From positions 64,001-128,000 of the forward strand of contig CAWGLD010000003.1 in the NCBI GenBank assembly GCA_963823335.1: a DNA stretch of 64,000 nt, in the 5' to 3' direction. This document shows positions 61,101-64,000 of this stretch, piece by piece. The notes beneath the pieces are model-generated. The model saw nothing but the letters and a program-made list of their open reading frames with translations, was not told the origin of the DNA and made no database searches. Source of the DNA: an uncultured delta proteobacterium. Lineage in GTDB: Bacteria; Desulfobacterota; Desulfobacteria; Desulfobacterales; B30-G6. Position 1 is the first letter of the stretch; every line of letters begins with the position of its first letter. The translations under genes and the position numbers were made by a program.

Positions 61101-61137
61101 AAGGGTTCCAGGGGTCGAGGATCCAAGGGTTCAAGTG
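61101..61137 (+). repeat. Family C octamer arm fragment
   Basis: AAGGGTTCCAGGGGTCGAGGATCCAAGGGTTCAAGTG. Confidence 0.65.
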
Positions 61138-61170
61138 TTTGTTTCGGGCATTCAGTCATCGGAATTATTC

Positions 61171-61245
61171 TGAACCGAAAAAGCGAGCGCATTCCCCGTA
61201 GGTTCTGCCGTTCGGCAGTGCTTCGCACGCTGCGAGGTTCTTCAA
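61171..61245 (-). repeat. Repeat family A copy
   Basis: Identical by eye to 19862-19936. Confidence 0.92.
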
Positions 61246-61311
61246 TTGGATCATGCATTTCGCCATATCTCTGATGAGACCCGAAAGTTGAGCCAACAAG
61301 ACAAATGCCAG

Positions 61312-61360
61312 AAAAAAAGCGACCTAGTCGCGCCAGATAAATTCGCAAAGCGAATTTATT
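61312..61360 (+). repeat. Repeat family D copy
   Basis: AAAAAAAGCGACCTAGTCGCGCCAGATAAATTCGCAAAGCGAATTTATT. Confidence 0.7.
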
Positions 61361-61604
61361 ATTCTTTTAAAAAAAGATGGTGATATTCTTTTTCCACGAG
61401 ATGGGTCTTCAATAGCCGGGTCAGCAGGGAAAAAATATCGTTCAGATCCTGATCGGTCAATCGTTTGACAAGGGTTTGCATCAACGCGTCATCTGAAAAT
61501 TTCTGAAGATAATAAATGATCGTATGTTCGTCGGTTTCGCGATTGAATCCAAATCCGACAAAACCATCATATTCATCCGTAAATCTGTGAGAGTGCTTTG
61601 ACAT
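61359..61604 (-). CDS. Small hypothetical cytoplasmic protein
   Basis: 81 aa, protein-like composition (YLQKFSDD, EYHHLFLKE), GAAGG RBS. Confidence 0.75.
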   Translation of the reverse strand: MSKHSHRFTDEYDGFVGFGFNRETDEHTIIYYLQKFSDDALMQTLVKRLTDQDLNDIFSLLTRLLKTHLVEKEYHHLFLKE

Positions 61605-61631
61605 GCTAGGCCTTCTATTATTAAAGTATTG

Positions 61632-61758
61632 ATTGTTCTACAAACCGCGTGTTTGGTACGCGTTCCCGAACCTGAACTTACGGAAACGTGCCGTCTCCTT
61701 TGGATTTTTCCCATTTTGGGGGAAATCCAAGCCACCCGTTTCACGGGCGGCAGTTGAC
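61632..61758 (-). repeat. Repeat family E copy 2
   Basis: Minus strand begins GTCAACTGCCGCCCGTGAAACGGGTGGCTTG. Confidence 0.8.
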
Positions 61759-61824
61759 TAACGCTCGACCCTGAATTACAGTATCTGACTTAATGGAAAA
61801 CATAACAAGAATCAATAGACAAAG

Positions 61825-62769
61825 ATGAAAATATTTGACACGCATGACGGTCTGAAAATCCGTTTTGATACCTATAAATGTGGAACAAAGACATGCAGGG
61901 GCCTGGTCGTCCTGCTGGGGGGAAGATCTGAATTTATTGAGAAATATCGGGAAACCGTCGATCAGCTTCTTGTGAGAAAATTGGATGTTGTCACATTCGA
62001 CTGGCGTGGACAGGGATTGTCCGACCGTCTGTTGCCGAATCGCTACAAGGGGCATGTGGCGTCCTACGATGACTATCTGAAAGATCTTATCGGTTTCATG
62101 GACAGACATGTTCTGAAAAAAGCTGACAGGCCGGTGATAATGCTGGCGCACTCCATGGGGGGGCATATTGCCCTTCGGTATCTGCATGATTTTCCCGGCA
62201 GGGTCGATAAGGCTGTTTTGACATCCCCTTTGATCGATATCGCCGGACCTGTCCTTTTGACACGTGCGATAAAAACGATGGTGAAGATTGCCGTCCGAAT
62301 CGGATTTGAAAAATATTATGCTACCCGGGCCAACGATTTCGACCCGTCCAAGAAGGTCTTTACAGGGAATCGTCTCACCAGGGATCGGCATCGTTTTCAG
62401 AAAACAATCCAGATGATAGTCGATAATCCGGATGTTGCCGTAGGGGGTGTCACTTTTGGGTGGCTGGATGCCACGTTTAATTCCATTCAGCATATGATGG
62501 TCGACGGGTATTTTGAGAGCATTGCGACACCCGTGAAAATGATTTCGGCGGGTGGGGATGAAATTGTGTCAGTAACGGCTCATAGGAAGGTCTGCCGAAA
62601 ATTACCAAATTGCGATTTGGTTGTGATTCCAAGTGCATTGCACGAATTGCTCATCGAAAAAGATACCGTCCTGGAGAAATTTTGGGAGGTCTTTGACGCG
62701 TTTGTGCTTGGCCGGCCACAAAACAGGCCGGCAGACACGCCAACCAAAAAACGGGCATGCCTTTCGTGA
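61825..62769 (+). CDS. Alpha/beta hydrolase, lysophospholipase L2-like
   Basis: GRSEFIEKY, DWRGQGLS, AHSMGG, D..V, HELLIE. Confidence 0.9.
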   Translation: MKIFDTHDGLKIRFDTYKCGTKTCRGLVVLLGGRSEFIEKYRETVDQLLVRKLDVVTFDWRGQGLSDRLLPNRYKGHVASYDDYLKDLIGFMDRHVLKKADRPVIMLAHSMGGHIALRYLHDFPGRVDKAVLTSPLIDIAGPVLLTRAIKTMVKIAVRIGFEKYYATRANDFDPSKKVFTGNRLTRDRHRFQKTIQMIVDNPDVAVGGVTFGWLDATFNSIQHMMVDGYFESIATPVKMISAGGDEIVSVTAHRKVCRKLPNCDLVVIPSALHELLIEKDTVLEKFWEVFDAFVLGRPQNRPADTPTKKRACLS

Positions 62770-62779
62770 TCAGAGTGAC

Positions 62780-62899
62780 ATGGACATGTTCGCTAAAATC
62801 GTTCCCGCGATTTTATTTGCGCTTGCAGTTGCATGGTTTTTAAAATACAAGAGGTTCATGCTTTTTATACCGCTTGTCATAATAATGTTCCTAAAATAG
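62780..62899 (+). CDS. Possible 39 aa membrane peptide
   Basis: MDMFAKIVPAILFALAVAWFLKYKRFMLFIPLVIIMFLK; weak RBS. Confidence 0.35.
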   Translation: MDMFAKIVPAILFALAVAWFLKYKRFMLFIPLVIIMFLK

Positions 62900-62911
62900 G
62901 ATGGCGGCATA

Positions 62912-62965
62912 AGGGGTTGTAGCAGAAAAAAGGTCCTCAATCGGAACGTTTTTCTGACAACCCCT
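62912..62965. repeat. Inverted repeat hairpin
   Basis: AGGGGTTGT(AG)CAGAAAAA ... TTTTTCTGACAACCCCT. Confidence 0.55.
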
Positions 62966-62986
62966 ATATAACAGGAGGAAAGAGGG

Positions 62987-63613
62987 ATGAAATGGAAAGA
63001 GTCTAATGAAGGTGTTGAGACAGAGGCTGACAAAGAAGGAACCTTTGAGGAAAATTACTCCCCTTTAAGAACCCAGAAGCTCAATTTTGGTTCAAGACTG
63101 ACTTCGGTTCTCACCCGACCAGGTTCCTGGATGGTTATCATTCCAGTGCTGTTGCTGGCGCTCCTTCTCTTCTCTATGCGTTCCGGCGGTAGCGACAAAG
63201 CCCTGCTGTCCGCAATGGACCAGCGCCTCCAGCACCTCGAAAGCAGGATGGAGGCCCTGGAAGGGATCAACGAGTTGGTGATGGATCTCGACAATAACCG
63301 CCAGGCTGCACAGCCGCTGATGGTAAGACTGGATCACCTGGAAACAGCTTTTGCCAAAAAAATAAGTGAGATGGATCAGCAATTAAAGGAACTGCAAACC
63401 AAGCTCGTAAGGACAGAGACCAAACAGGCTCAGACAGTAGTTATCAAAAGCCAACCATCAAAGCAGGCAGCTAAAATCCATGTGGTGGAAAAAGGGGAGA
63501 CTCTGTACAGCATCAGCAAGAAATATGGGGTGTCGGTGAATCAGTTGATGACCTTCAACAAGCTTTCCAAGGGGTCAATCATTAATCCGGGACAATCATT
63601 GAAAATCAAGTAA
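62987..63613 (+). CDS. Membrane-anchored coiled-coil LysM protein
   Basis: Single TM helix, heptad repeats, C-terminal HVVEKGETLYSISKKYGVS...PGQSLKI. Confidence 0.9.
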   Translation: MKWKESNEGVETEADKEGTFEENYSPLRTQKLNFGSRLTSVLTRPGSWMVIIPVLLLALLLFSMRSGGSDKALLSAMDQRLQHLESRMEALEGINELVMDLDNNRQAAQPLMVRLDHLETAFAKKISEMDQQLKELQTKLVRTETKQAQTVVIKSQPSKQAAKIHVVEKGETLYSISKKYGVSVNQLMTFNKLSKGSIINPGQSLKIK

Positions 63614-64000
63614 TGGATAGAATCAAAGCGGTCATTTTTGATCTGGACGGTACCTTGTTGAACACCCTGGAGGACATCGGGAATGCAGTCAATCAGGTTT
63701 TGTCCAGCAGAGGCTATCCCACGCATCCTGTGGACAGGTACCGGTCTTTTGTTGGCGACGGTTGGGAGTTGCTGATCAAGCGGGCACTTCCTGACCTTGC
63801 ATCTACCCGTGATAAAGTGAAGGCCTGTGTCGAGGAATCCCTGGTGGAATATGGTAAAACCTGGGATGCAACAACAGGCCCCTATACCGGTATTCCTGAG
63901 CTGTTGAATTATTTGACCCATGAGGGTATTCGGCTGGCCGTGCTGTCAAACAAGCCACATGTTTTTGCACAGCAATATGTTGACAAGCTGCTTGCAGAAT
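63613..64000 (+). CDS. HAD-family hydrolase (phosphoglycolate phosphatase-like), truncated by the window end
   Basis: Not in the ORF track; manual translation MDRIKAVIFDLDGTLLNTL...AVLSNKP. Confidence 0.9.
   Translation, partial: MDRIKAVIFDLDGTLLNTLEDIGNAVNQVLSSRGYPTHPVDRYRSFVGDGWELLIKRALPDLASTRDKVKACVEESLVEYGKTWDATTGPYTGIPELLNYLTHEGIRLAVLSNKPHVFAQQYVDKLLAE

Noticed and set aside
61271-61305. CTGATGAG...CGAAA hammerhead-like core
   Set aside because: Stem II is essentially absent, there is no UH cleavage site after stem III, and stem I pairing is poor
1-64000. tRNA, rRNA, prophage, integrase or transposase genes
   Set aside because: None recognised in the ORFs or the intergenic gaps by eye; a tRNAscan/Infernal run would be needed to exclude small RNAs fully

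Overview
This 64 kb window looks like core and accessory chromosome from an anaerobic Desulfobacterota (Desulfobacterales-like) bacterium; the taxonomy is inferred from gene content and protein style only. Recognisable content: an MFS transporter, an omptin-like barrel followed by znuACB, djlA, a NIL-ferredoxin/mnmA/mtaB group, a stand-alone fusA with a KaiC-like ATPase, azlCD, rsmG, a MoaD/ThiF pair, a 12-gene type II secretion operon (F-G-H-I-J-K-L-M-N-C-D-E), recJ, miaB and several hydrolases. No rRNA, tRNA, CRISPR array or transposase was seen. Two things stand out. (1) A 12.6 kb locus (42.7-55.3 kb) encodes a PhsA/PsrA-type molybdoenzyme with no Tat signal and no membrane anchor, next to two Fe-S proteins and a GltD-like NAD(P)H flavoprotein. 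It is transcribed divergently from a TauE transporter operon via two back-to-back sigma-54 promoter motifs, and the cognate kinase, activator and an extra membrane protein lie in the locus. It is a candidate soluble NAD(P)H-linked sulfur-oxyanion oxidoreductase system. (2) Intergenic DNA is crowded with at least five families of short palindromic repeats. Some are nested inside one another, some overlap stop codons, one has covarying hairpins and one has an IS200/IS605-like end hairpin. All calls come from reading the sequence by eye; no searches were run.
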